Shown in pieces: positions 26,272 through 38,459 of a DNA stretch of 64,000 nt; positions within the stretch are counted from its first letter, which is position 1, and each line of letters opens with the position of its first letter. A model generated the notes under the pieces. It saw nothing but the letters and a program-made list of their open reading frames with translations, was not told the DNA's origin and ran no database searches. This DNA is from Eukaryota sp. GEM-RC1 (lineage: Eukaryota), in assembly GCA_040285855.1 (NCBI GenBank), contig JAUFOQ010000005.1:1798001-1862000 (forward strand), read 5' to 3'. A program made the position numbers and the translations under genes.

Positions 26272-27766
26272 TCAATTAAGTTGACGTACACCCAGTATTT
26301 CAACTCTATGATTAACTTTCAACGCCTCTGCCAAAGCTCCGGCACCTTCATCTCCAATAGAGTTGCTACCTAGAACAAGAAGTGTAACTGAAGCATTAAC
26401 TTTCAACACATCTGCCAAAGCTCTGGCACCTTCATCTCCAATAGAGTTGCAATACAGATTAACACTTGTAACAAAAGCATTGACTTTCAACGCCTCTGCC
26501 AAAGCTCTGGCACCTGCAGCTCTAATAGAGTTTTGAGTCAGATTAACACTTGTAACTGAAGTATTAACTTTCAACGCATCTGACAAAGCTCTTGCACCTT
26601 CATCTCCAATATCGTTGAATCTCAGATCAATACTTGTAACTGAAGTATTAACTGTCAACGCCTCTGCCAAAGCTCTTGCACCTTCAGCTCTAATAGAGTT
26701 TTCACTTAGAACAATACTTGTAACTGAAGTATTAACTTTCAACGCCTCTGCCAAAGCTCTTGCACCTTTAGCTCTAATAGAGTTTTCACTTAGAACAATA
26801 CTTGTAACTGAAGTATTAACTGTCAAGGCCTCTGCCAAAGCTCTGGCACCTTCATCTCCAATATAGTTGCTAACTAGATTAACACTTGTAACTGAAGCAT
26901 TAATTTTCAACGCCTCTGCCAAAGCTCTGGCACCTTCAGCTCTAATAGAGTTTTCACTTAGAACAATACTTGTAACAGCAGCATTAACTTTCAACGCCTC
27001 TGCTAAAGCTCTAGTACCTTCATCACCAATTCTATAGTTGAAACCCAGATCAATACCTGTAACTGAAGCATTAACTTTCACCGCCTCTGTCAAAGCTCTG
27101 GCACCTTCATCTCCAATAGAGTTGTCCTCCAGATTAACACTTGTAACTGTAGTATTGGTTTTCAACGCTTCAATCAATAACAAAGAAACAGAGGTGCGTT
27201 GTGTCGCTACTTCTACTTCTAGCTGCTTAAGACGTGGAAATAAAGAAGAAGAATTGTTTAGAAACTCTAAATCAGAGGGTTTTCTTAGTACGATTCTCAA
27301 TCCTGTAATTATACCAGAATAACTAAGAAACTTCTCAAGTTCAAAAGTTTCGCCAGAGTGTAAGAAAACAGATTGTTGATCCACTCCAAAAAAAAAGAAG
27401 CAAGTGAAGTTAGTTTGGGAAGGTGTTCAAGATAAGCATGAACGGTGTGTACTTCAAAATAGACTTTAACTGCTTGGCATGAAGAATCAAGGAAGTGATT
27501 ACTTACATAGCCAGCTTGTCCAAAGAATGTAGGTAACGCTGTTTTCAAAGCAGCGAGTTGAGGAGGAATGTTAGTACGCTCGAGAAGACGTCTCAGCAAG
27601 TGGAGATGGATAATAATCAACAAAGTCTGCTGAACATGGATAGGTTTAAAGGGAGGACGTGTGGATGAAGACAATGCCGACAGTGCGTCACAGTTAGAAA
27701 TCACAGAGGCGAAACTGGAGGATGAACGACTCTTTTCAACAAAGGTTCAGGGAGAGGTTTGACCAT
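26272..27766 (-). CDS. LRR protein copy 6 (10 repeats), two frameshifts (~27731 and a T9 run at 27388-27396)
   Basis: ATG at 27766 (MVKPLPEPLLK, compare copy 7 MPSPHPEPLLK); ORFs 27309-27704 and 26272-27384. Confidence 0.85.
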
Positions 27767-27794
27767 TGGATGATGCAAAGATGGGAACTTTCTC

Positions 27795-28092
27795 AATACT
27801 GTGAATTTCACAACTGCTTACTACTACTAGTAGTAGTACTCCCCAATTATGAAATTCACTCCTGTTTTCACAGGTTGTAAGAGACATATAGCGTCATCTG
27901 ACAAAGATAATCATGATCTTCATCAACGGGCTACATCACTTAGATAGACCGACTGCTTACACTGCTCACACAGAACAAAGTTTCTTAGACTTAATCTATC
28001 TAAATGAACCTGACAAACATATCTACCGGGATAGATACATCACCAGATCGGTCTCAAAGTGGTTTTGTTTATCATTTCTACCGATCTCTCCA
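27795..28092 (-). ncRNA. Putative Fanzor omegaRNA scaffold
   Basis: Six consecutive stems directly 3' of the Fanzor stop: 28045-52/28080-87, 28019-26/28031-38, 27936-50/27993-28007, 27899-908/27916-25, 27861-74 (GAAA tetraloop) and 27801-15/27845-59. All non-Watson-Crick pairs in these stems are G-U on the minus strand. Confidence 0.75.
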
Positions 28093-30014
28093 TTAGACTC
28101 TCCCCGACATTACCTCAGGACAGACGTATCTTCCAGGCCACAACTCTGCTTTCTTCCTAGTCTGAATATTTTTAGCAGCGGAAACATCTCTGTCATATAC
28201 TTGATGGCAGTTGGCACAGACTCTCATTTGCCACCATCTGGTTGCTTCGTTTAGTGACATACAGCAGCTTGACAGTTTGCTAGTGTTGAATTCACTGGTG
28301 GGAAAGTGTTTTACTTCTTTTTGGTGATTCAGCCATTTCCGAAAGCATCGAGCTGATCCATATCTTTTAACTGTCCTGAAATGGGAAGGAAAGTTTGCTG
28401 AGCCAACAGCCAGATACAGTTCCTCTGGATGACCAGAAATCTCTTGAAAAGTATTCAGAGCTTCACGAAAGCGGCGTTCTCTGCGTCTTCGATTGTCGAA
28501 CTTAATCGACTTCCACTTTGACCGGTTACTCTCTTTGTACACCTTTTTTTCTTACCAAATTCCAGTGATTCAAATATAGGTAAATATTTTGCACGGAATA
28601 TTGGTTCGGTGACATTCTGAGAGGAGAAGGGTTTGTTCGAAACTGGTGGCCGGTAGGACACTTGATCAGTCCGTGGTTTTCTTCATTCGAATAGTAACCA
28701 CAAAGACGTGACTGACCAAGATCCACACCCACTAATGGGCCTTCAGGGATAATCTCCTGGGAAGTTGGAGGGCGACGGCGAGGCTTCTTTTTGATCCTTT
28801 TAAATTGATGGATTTGATGCAGTTGGCTTTAGGATCTTGCTGCATCTCAAGTTTTGTCCACCTCTTTTTCTTTTCTGGAGGCTCTCCTTCTTTCTCCAAG
28901 GTTGGCTCAGTCCGTTCAAATGTGATCAAAAGCTCATTTCCATTTGATTTGAGAGCTAACTTTCTGTAGTTTCCTTTGTAACTTTTCTTCCACATTTTGA
29001 ATTTTTCATGTGGACAATTTTTGAAAATTTTCTTCAAATTCTGGTTAAAAATTAAAAATCGATTGGCCCTAGTGCCTATAGCTGGAGGGAATCTTCCATT
29101 GCTTCTGAAGATGTTTGGAGGTACATCCAACAGTTTTGACCCTTTGTGAGGAGCTAAGGGGATCAGTCGGAGCCGTCTCCAATAATGGGAAAAATTACTT
29201 AAATACGTTTCTAAGAATTGTGCAATTGATAGGTTAAAGATAAACAATTCACGAATTTCTTTAGGAGAAACATTCATGTGTTCAGCAGAAGATAAAAGTC
29301 CTTCCGAGACAGGAAAACGATCGAAGAGATGGAAAATAAAATCGACAGCGTTAAGTAAAAAGATTTTTTTCGGACTGATTGTCAATGAAAACATTAACAA
29401 AAGAAGGAGCACTAAATGGAAGATTATGAAAGAGATTAAGAAGATGCGAAGAAAATTGACGATGTGTCTCAATGACCCGACAATAGGCATATAGAAAATT
29501 TTTAATCCAAGCTCTGGATATTTTGGGCAGAGAAGACTTAACATTAGCTGCCGACTGACGAGAACGGCAAGTAAACCACTGCGAAAGATTAGGGCTATTC
29601 ACCACAGAAAAAGTCTGTGTGGCTAGCCAGGAGTTTAAGAAATTCTGGAGGAGTAACCCATAAGTGAGTATATCAGAATTCCACTCAGAAATTAAAAAGT
29701 TTTGGTGTTCCAAAGTAAAAGGAGGAACAAAAGAAGCAGGGGACTCTGGTAGAAAACCATCATAGAAAACATTCAACAAAAGCCTTTGTCCTTTCGAAGT
29801 TTGAGGAGCAGGAAAGCTACTTTTGTTGATGACGGTCATGAAGAGATACCAGACATCCTGTCCGCAATAGCTCTGGCCGCTATAGGGAAAGTGAGAAAAA
29901 AAGAATGAAGAAGCAAAGAAGCTTCATGACAGACTGAATCTGGTGAACTGCTGAAGGTATAAGCAGCGAGTTCAGAGCACACGACCGAGTGAAACACTTA
30001 CGTGGTTGTGCCAT
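28093..30014 (-). CDS. Fanzor (eukaryotic TnpB-family RNA-guided endonuclease, probably Fanzor1-type), ~640 aa, split by at least four single-base frameshifts
   Basis: RuvC-I LVGVDLG; LAVGSANF at the canonical RuvC-II position with a relocated Glu in SEFNTSKLSSCC; zinc finger CC...CANC; RuvC-III DRDVSAAKNI. Start MAQPRKCFTRSCALNSLL at 30014. Confidence 0.85.
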
Positions 30015-32464
30015 GGTGTCGAAGTTTCCGGTCAAGCATAATCACTTTCCTTTCATCATTTTGAGTTTCCCATCCCTGTTATAGTCACACCTTTATAATT
30101 TGTAGCCTTGTCTTACATGGTCATTTGCTAGTCCTCGGTCCCCTCGTCCTATGTATCTGCAATGCTCTGACTCTCTTACTCCTACATCACTTGCTCTCGG
30201 TATCCTATTGCCATCTTCCCTTCTAGATTCCTTCCATACACCCACCACTTCCTGCTAGTCATCCCATTTCTTGTTTCTTAGCATCTCCCTTACAGTTTCT
30301 TTAGCTCTGCTTCCCCTTGTGATGTTCAAGTTTTTGCCTAGGGCTCTCCAATGAGGAAATCACTTACTAATGAGAAGACATTCTATCCAAACTTCGCTTC
30401 TCCTTCAACAACTAATCCACCCAGACGAAGAAGTCCCTTTGGATTGAATCTCATAAGATTCAACTTAAGAATTCGTTCTTTGCTCAATCATCAAGTTGAC
30501 AGCGTTGTGTATAGTAAATGTTCGCTTTGATTCTATGTTAATCAATTTGTCTAGAGTGTTATTAATAATGTGCTCATTATGTATTTTTTCGATTGAATAT
30601 TAGAACGTTTTAATACACTGTATTTTTGAAAAACTTCTTATTATGTATAGATCCTATCATGTTCATCTTAATCCCTTAAAGAATGGGTATTCATGTTCAC
30701 ACGTTCTGACAGTTTTTCAACAACTACAAAAAATAAGACAAATTGAAGAGAATCCCTCAATGCAAACAACTATATGTAACATCCTTTTCGTTAACCAAAA
30801 GAGTTGATACCGTTTCTTCCTGAACGAAGGATATGTGTGATGAGTTCCACTCAGAGTAGCCAAGTGCCTGTTGAGGAAGTTGTTATGTCTATGGATCTGG
30901 CTGACATTGAATCAGAAGAGGCGGATACCTTTCTGAAACTGGTCAGAGAGTCGAAGTGTCTATTTTTGTGATAGGAACTCACAGCAACCGTATAGCGAAA
31001 TCCACGAACAAGTGTGAATATAGAAGTATGATACCTCAAAGAATTCAAATCAAACCAATCGAGTTTTCCATGACAGCAATTGCACTAGGAGGTTGAAAAA
31101 GGTTACCGTAATATCATATAACCAGATATGACTAGATTCCCATCGATATGTATTATTCGTCATTTTTCAACTTTGAGAACTATAGAGAACTATATATAGA
31201 GAACTATCCGATCGATGATGTTAGAAGCGCAATATGTGTAGATTTGGTTAATTGTTTCTTAAAGTAAACGACATTGTGAAGAACTTGGAAAAATCAATTA
31301 CCTCTCAATTAAATTTCATTGTTTAAGGAATGTTAATGCTTCTGTAGAGAAGTACAAATTGTTTATCTGATGATCACTTAATGTAGCGTTTTTCAACTGT
31401 TTTTCCAGAAAAATACTAAAACAACAACATCGTACATCACTTGCAAATTCAGCAGTACACATACATTTACCCTGGAACATCGTAATTACTTCAGACTGAC
31501 CCAGATGTGACACACTACCATCAACTAATAATCTGAACCGTTGATATATACTGAATTACAGTCAACGCTATGTATCAAGGGTCGAGAAAAAATTTGCAAT
31601 TTCTTTTTGCCATAAAAAATGTACAAATAAATTATTGAAAAATCACACCATTCCAATGAATTATTACAATAAATGCAATATTTTGGTTAAAACAGGTCTG
31701 TAAACTTCAGATCAGTGAGTGATTGTTTGGTTTACTTCAGTTCGCTTAATTTTACAAGAACACGATTCATCTTCCATTTTGCTCACTGTTCACACCTATT
31801 TAATTCTCCTTTGCAAAAATTTTGTTACTTGCAATCACTACCTTTCTGAGAACCTTGTCCACAATCTTCTTGCTATTAGTCGGTTTGTGTCAGTAAATTG
31901 TTCAATTGTGTCAGAATTTCTGGCCATTAAAAATGTCTGATTTATTGATATTGTAATTTATTTAATAATATCGTCTTTTGTAGTGTCTTTGTACGGTAAT
32001 TTCGGTCCTTCTTTTAAGCAGTTTTTAAATTTCTTTGAAAATTTGTGTTCAGAGTTTGGCAAGAAGTTTACCAGATCGTACTGGAAGAGTAAATTTGCTT
32101 TTTTTTGATTTTTAAGTCTAAGTGTAGATATGTTGATTCCCTTTTGTCCAAGACTTGGACTCCAAGTTGTTGATGGTATTTACTTTTCGGAATTAAGTAG
32201 TTCGTTTGATAATTTGTTTTAATAGTCTTTATTTATTTGTTGTTTTCTTGTTTTGTGTATTTCTCCGCCCATAAATCCGCTTTTTTTTACTCTATAAGAG
32301 TGACAAAAAGAGAAAAAGTTCAAATATTTTAAATATATGGACTTTAAATGTAAAGAGACTCATTTCAATATTACAAATTTGAAGGTGACCAGTGTTTTGT
32401 TTAAATTCAAGCTGGAATTTGAAAGTTCAATAGTTATAACTTATAAGTGACTAACTCATATGTA

Positions 32465-33845
32465 TCACAACTTAAAGCTACTGTTTCTAAATAATGAAAT
32501 CCCAAAACAATTCATACAATCATAATATACAATGTTATTGTTGACTACTTTTTCAAATTCTATGTTGCACTTTCTATTACTTTCTTAATTCTATGACTAT
32601 AAAACCGTGCCAATCTAGCTCCATGCTCAGAACCCTCGTAAAGAGCTGTACAAGCCGAAACAATTTTTGTAAAAAGATAAGTTTGGAATTTCTTTCCCTT
32701 TTTGAAAACTCCAGTACCTGGAATTGGGGGTCCAAACTCAGGAATCTGATCCTTTCTCGCGACACAGAGCTGGTACCACGTTTTAACTCCAGGAACGTCA
32801 ACTTCCTCAAAATCTGATTCATCTCCTTCGTTTTGGTTGACGTCATCAGGAACGTCATCACCGTCTTCTAGACCAATTCCAGAAACTGACTCGGCATTTT
32901 CTTTTGACGAATTCTCCTCGAAAATTTCAGATTTTTTAAATCTTAAGAGTTTGGAACTATCTTCTTTTCAAGTTGCCGGACGACCTTGATAGTAATCACA
33001 ATCTGATTTTGCTGTGAGATCAACAACGACGGATCAAAAGTTGAATCTCGATCATTCAAAAACACAATCACAACTCCATCATTGCCTACATGACGTTTCC
33101 TAGCAATCTGCTGCTCATCACTTTCCGAAAAAGGAAGGTACGGTGCCACGTGGAACATAAACTCGTGCTCTTTCCATTCTCGATAAACTGATCTCCTTCC
33201 AGAATAGTCTTTAGTTGTACTAAGGCCACCATCATATCCTTTGAAACCTAATAATCTAACACGATCACCTAGCTCGTCAAGGAATTCTTCAAACTTCTCT
33301 GATACACGTTTGTTGGAGTAGATCTCGTTTTCAGAGGTCTGGTCCTTTTCGACGTACAAAACGCCTATTTTATGGACTTTACGATTGTGGTCAACTTCCT
33401 TCTCCATTTCTATCAGCTGTTGTACAAGTTCCTGAGTTGTAGGGATAGATGTGAGACGCAGCGTTGATGGAATGAGCGATCTTTCCACAATTGACGAGAC
33501 TACGTTGTTCATTGTGGGACCGATACAGAACAGTTTCCTCAAGAACGAGTTCTGAACTTCAGAGGACTCAATGTCACCCGAGTACATACCCGCAGATGAG
33601 CGATAGACTAAACGGAAGAATCGACATGATTGATAACGGAAGGAGAAGACAGATATCAGGATGGGATTGTCTTCGTCTGAAAGATCAGTGTAACTGGAAT
33701 GGTGGTGTGTTGTGAAATATGTTTGAAAGAAAGTATTTCGTTGGGAAGACTCTAGAGGTAAGTCTACGTCATCAGGAGCAAGTACATCTGGAGGAACAGT
33801 CTTTTCAATGACCCAAGATTTACTTGAGATGATGGAGTTTTGCAT
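32465..33845 (-). CDS. Rap/Ran-GAP domain protein (one frameshift in an A-run at ~32967)
   Basis: KIGVLYV, FEEFLDELG, GFKGYDGGL, MFHVAPYLP and RKRHVGND motifs; the shifted frame continues YQLCVARKDQIPEFGPPIP...VFKKGKKFQTYLFTKI. Confidence 0.9.
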
Positions 33846-34260
33846 TGGATACTGATAGTAGAGAAATCCTGTCAGGATATGATTGGAAAATTTCTAGTTC
33901 TTCAACATAGTACATGTAGTAGTATAGAGTAGTATGATGAACAATGTTCATACAGTACCATATGTTTTACAGTATATACACCCCCTCACACCAACACTGA
34001 TATTGTAAGCATTATAACAAAAGAATCTCAAAAGTACCAAATGTTCCAAAAGAAAATTAAATTGGATGTGTAAGCGAAACATCAACCAAGTTTAAAACAA
34101 AGTTGACCTGAATTGACTCTCAAAACTCAATTTTAGATTATCCGTTTTATAGTAGCTACATGTCAAAAAGAGTTCATCTATCAGCTTCCATTAGTAGGTA
34201 TTTTTTCCGGAACTTTTAAAATTTTAGAGATAGAACAAAACAAGTTGTTGCAAGAAATTT

Positions 34261-34833
34261 TTGCAATTTCGATCTGTTCTACATAACGCTGTTGGTGACG
34301 TTACTTATGAAATGTTCAAATCCTACAATTATAGTTGTAAAATTGAACCTCTTCTGAAACATTATAGTGACAATAACGTGTTTGATTCTCGGCGTGGTGA
34401 CTTAATTGCTCCTTTCCTGGATTCATCTCAAGTTGTGGTTGATTTTACTACAGTTGACCCGTTTGCAAAAGTCTACCAAGACTCCATATTGAATGATTCG
34501 AATGGTCATCTGGAAAAGGCTGAACACCGAAAGTGTTCAAATTATGCGGCCGCTTTGCAGAAGCTTAATGAAAATCTATATTCTAAGTTTTCATTTGTTC
34601 CATTTGCCATTTCAATTTTTGGTAATATTGGTCCAGCCGGTTTAAAGTTTTTGAGTGATTTTAGTCTTTTATGTCGTTCTAATGGCAAGGTGTTTAATAG
34701 CGCTGTATGGATTAATCGAATTATGTTCGCTCTTTGTAGAAGCATTCCCAAGTATTTATGTTCCATTTATTCGAAGTTGCATAGAGACAATTCTCGTGTT
34801 GATGTGGAGAATTTAACTTCTTTCATTTTCTGA
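34261..34833 (+). mobile_element. 5'-truncated CRE/SLACS-type non-LTR retrotransposon: uninterrupted RLE (PD-(D/E)xK) domain
   Basis: HNAV...KIEP...RRGDL...VDFTTVDP...AEHRKCSNY...FVPFAISIFGNIG. Confidence 0.8.
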
Positions 34834-34852
34834 ATTAGTATGTATTAATATA

Positions 34853-35431
34853 TTGTTGCAAATTAACTGTTGTATTATTCACAACAGTATCCGGGATACA
34901 TGTTTGGATATGTTTAAGGCTAATGGTTTTCATGGAAAAATTGAACCCTTACTTGCTAATCTTTCTGATCAGCCAAAAGTTGATAGAAGTCGTGGTGATT
35001 TGATTGGTCCTTGGTTATCTTGTCAGGAAATTATCATGGATTTCACGACTGTTGATCCTTGTAATTCAAGATCAATTTCCAAAATTTTTGATGATGATTT
35101 TTCTGCTCTTAAAGTGGCTGAAAAAGGAAAAAATACAAAGTACTGTCACTTAATTAACCAATTGAATGTTGACAGGTACAATTCTTTTGTGTTTCAACCT
35201 TTTGCGATGTCGATATACGGTAATATTGGACCAGCTGCACAAGGTTTTTTAACTTCCTTTGGTAAATTGTGTTCTGAGTATGGTAAAGTTTTCAATGAAA
35301 ATTTTTGGTTGAGTAGGTTAACGTTTGCGTTGTTTCGTTCAATGCACAGATATTTTAATTCAATTTTAGTTAAATTGTTCGGTGATGGACAGAAGGATCA
35401 TAGTTTAGATACTTTAGTTAGTGTCTGTTAG
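34853..35431 (+). mobile_element. Second, diverged 5'-truncated RLE domain in tandem
   Basis: HNSIRD...KIEP...SRGDL...MDFTTVDP...AEKGKNTKY...FQPFAMSIYGNIG. Confidence 0.8.
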
Positions 35432-35721
35432 TTATTAACCTCTGCAAATGCATTTATTTCACTGATTGATCATAAACCCCGTTTTTTTTAATTAACTCTT
35501 ATATAGAACAAAACATGGAAAAATAATTTGATGAAATCTATGAAACACTAAGGTACCGAACACCACAGTTCTTGTATAAGTTGACTTTAATTGACTTGAT
35601 CAACGTGGGCATCAATCCGAACAAATAATATAGACTCTAACACAATTACATGTATCAGATTAAAGATTCTGGTTGTATAAGGTTGTGCGCTAGACATACT
35701 CCTTCTTCAACATCTTTCTTC

Positions 35722-36305
35722 ATGGCTGATTCCTACCCTGATATTTGGGCTGATGCTGTAATGGCTGCTTATGCTGAGGTTAAACTGTCCAATGTCTCCA
35801 CCAAGTTTTTGACAACCTCTTTGTTGATCTTTGTAAGTTTCAAACCTGTATTGAGCATAAATACGAGCAAGTCTCATCACTACATAAACAACTCTATGAT
35901 GATAAAACCACCTTCACATCTCACTCTCTGAATCTAGCTGTGTCAGACTCCAACCTTTCTCTTCTTCAAGAACTGTCCACATCGTCTTCAACTCTACTCA
36001 AAGATCTCAATACTCTTGTTGCTAGTACCTCCGATTTGCTTTCTTCCACTGATGTTGATGTGAAAGGCGTGCTTCCTGCTCTAAGTGATCTACACAATGT
36101 CTTGTGTTCGGTTTCCTCTTCTTGGAATTCTTCTTTTCCTGATATGTCTACTCATGCTACAGCTTTGCACAATCTCATGTCCGACCTTCTTGCTATCAGA
36201 CACACCCTCCTAGAACTTTCTGATCAAATCAGTACAGCTTCAAAGTTAGTCAAAGAAGACCTATCTCTATCACTCTTGTTATCCCAAAAATCCACTGATT
36301 CTTAG
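35722..36305 (+). CDS. Hypothetical helical protein (two ORFs possibly joined by a frameshift or intron)
   Basis: ORFs MADSYPDIW... and 35940-36305 have coding-like composition but no recognisable motif. Confidence 0.3.
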
Positions 36306-36384
36306 TCACGTGATAATTTGATCCACATCAATTGTATTATATTTATTTATTCAAGTATATTCACATACACATTTTCTTCTTTTC

Positions 36385-37109
36385 TTACACCAATGTCCAG
36401 TCCTCATTGATGACTTTCGAGTTCGTGATTGAACCTGAAATGAAAATAAACTCCGAATCCTTCATTTCTAACCTCAACGACAAAAAGAATATCAGCAAGG
36501 AGAACACTGTGACGTATTGGAACAATGCGGCAATTGAATGTAGAAAAGCAGTCTCTGTATAGATTCGGGGAAGAAGAATGTGACCAATAGTGCCAATAAA
36601 CTGGATTATAATGATAGTTACTCGGAATCTAATCCAAAAAGGAAGTTTTCTTACCAGTAAAGATTCATTCCGATGTCTGCGGATTGAGAGAAATGAGATC
36701 AAAATAACAACTAATAGAAGACTGTAGAAAAATGAATGTGCACAGAATGAATGAACAACCTTGTTGTCATCGAGAGAGATTATGCTGAGTAAAGAAAGGT
36801 TAATAGAGCCGTAGTATGCGGCTATTTTGAAAAAGGCATAGGAGTCGTTTGGAATACTTTACTGAAGTGACTTCGCGGTAGACCAACAGCCAACTTTTAC
36901 ACATGAATCCAAGGAGAACAGCACTTAGAGTCAGGCCAAAAGCGAAGATCGCTCGAAAGGGGGAAGTATTGTCCTCCTTCCGATATGTAGATCAAGGTTG
37001 AATCGAAAGGAAAAGTAAGTTTGGCTCCGATTACGCAGAACAAGATACTTGTGACACTAAGTACAGAGCCGTATATAGGCAGTGTATCCAACTTTATAGA
37101 AGGTTTCAT
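36385..37109 (-). CDS. Frag1/DRAM/Sfk1-like multi-pass membrane protein (two homopolymer frameshifts, ~36960 and ~36832)
   Basis: Reconstructed YISEGG...AIFAFGLTLSAVLL...LLSIISLDDNKVVHSFCAHSFF...AALFQYVTVFSLLIFFLSL, with about six hydrophobic segments. Confidence 0.6.
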
Positions 37110-37314
37110 GATAGATCAGGGTATGGTGATTACATAGAAATGATCGATCATCAGTTGTGAAGGATTCGCAGGTCTCTGGAAAACAGATAACGTGTAGATT
37201 CAACAAATCACGAGCTGAACATTGAAGCGTAGGCTAAGATCGGCTCAACAACACAACTAGAGAGATAGGAAATTTACCTACTCTACATTGTAAAATATAC
37301 GAGTTTTCATTTGA

Positions 37315-37380
37315 AAAATACAAAAATACATAAAATACAAAAATACATAAAATACACTAAAATACAAAGTAAAATACAAA
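37315..37380. repeat. Imperfect AAAATACA tandem repeat
   Basis: About 7 copies visible. Confidence 0.8.
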
Positions 37381-37932
37381 CATCCACGTCAGTCAATCTT
37401 CATCTCCACGACTCAACGTTAACGGTACAGTAGTAGATTGTTGTCTACGTTTGCTTTTTTCCTGCAGTTGGTGACACCGTATCCAACATTAGCACATCGT
37501 CATGGATCTCCACTAACTCACCAATTCCATCATCTTCAACTTATACAACTTCCTGATTCTCTTGTTCAACATCAAGAAATTCATAAAATAGGTATAGAGT
37601 GGATTGGTGGTATAGATTGGGGAAGAGAAGTCATGAAGAGGGTCTGGTTCAAATTATTTGTTGAACTTTTTTTGTTTCATTTGTTCATCATCTATTCTGG
37701 ATTTGACTCTGAGAAGTGCAATCAGTTCATAAACATACGATCTCCCAAACCAAAAAGTACGACTAACTCTATCTAATCGATAGAATAGAGTCTACAATAT
37801 ACATGTACCAGTTTGCCTAATTAGTCTCACTGAGACTAATTTGCTGATGAGACTAAATATAAGATTACATTACCATTGTTTAGCACTATTGATTGCGAAA
37901 ACCTATTGATCATGTATGCTATGAGTCCCATA

Positions 37933-38455
37933 TGTCAGCCACAGATGTTAGTGAGATGTTACTAGTACGTATAATTTGATTTATAAACATCCTTTACCCT
38001 CCTCTTTACACCTTTAGGTATTAATAATTATTATCATCATGGTAAAAAAGAGGAATCTTACTACAGCTGCTCCTAAGAAAGGAGTTACTAACCGCAGACA
38101 GCCAGGTAGGTCTGTCAAAAAGACCAGAGTATCGAAGAGCTCTGCCACCCCGATCGAAGTGCCTACTGAATCCTCAGTAGATGAAGAGGACTTTGTGTCC
38201 GAACTCTCCTCACACGAGAGCCCATCTTCAAACGTTGATGGAAGTTCCTTGGCTTCTTCGGAAGCCGGCGAAACAACTGGTATAAGACCCTTGGGCTCTA
38301 CGGAGTCTGGCGGCAACCCTGGTTCTTTGGAGTCATCCATTGGACCAGAACAGGAAGATGCCGATATTCGTGAGTGGGGCTTTGACGATTACTCTTTCTT
38401 CAAGACTCGAGTAAACGTTGGCCTTCGAAGTACGGATCAGGGTGCTACGGTTTAA
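37933..38455 (+). mobile_element. 5' fragment of a short-LTR retrotransposon: ~91-bp LTR (37933-38023) + gag-like ORF MVKKRNL
   Basis: Starts TGTCAGCC; resembles the LTRs at 994-1091 and 59637; palindrome TAATAATTATTA at 38022-38033; ATG at 38039. Confidence 0.65.
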
Positions 38456-38459
38456 GGTT

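Noticed and set aside
30015..32400. Left end or transposase of the Fanzor element
   Set aside because: No inverted match to the right end and no transposase motif could be found by eye.
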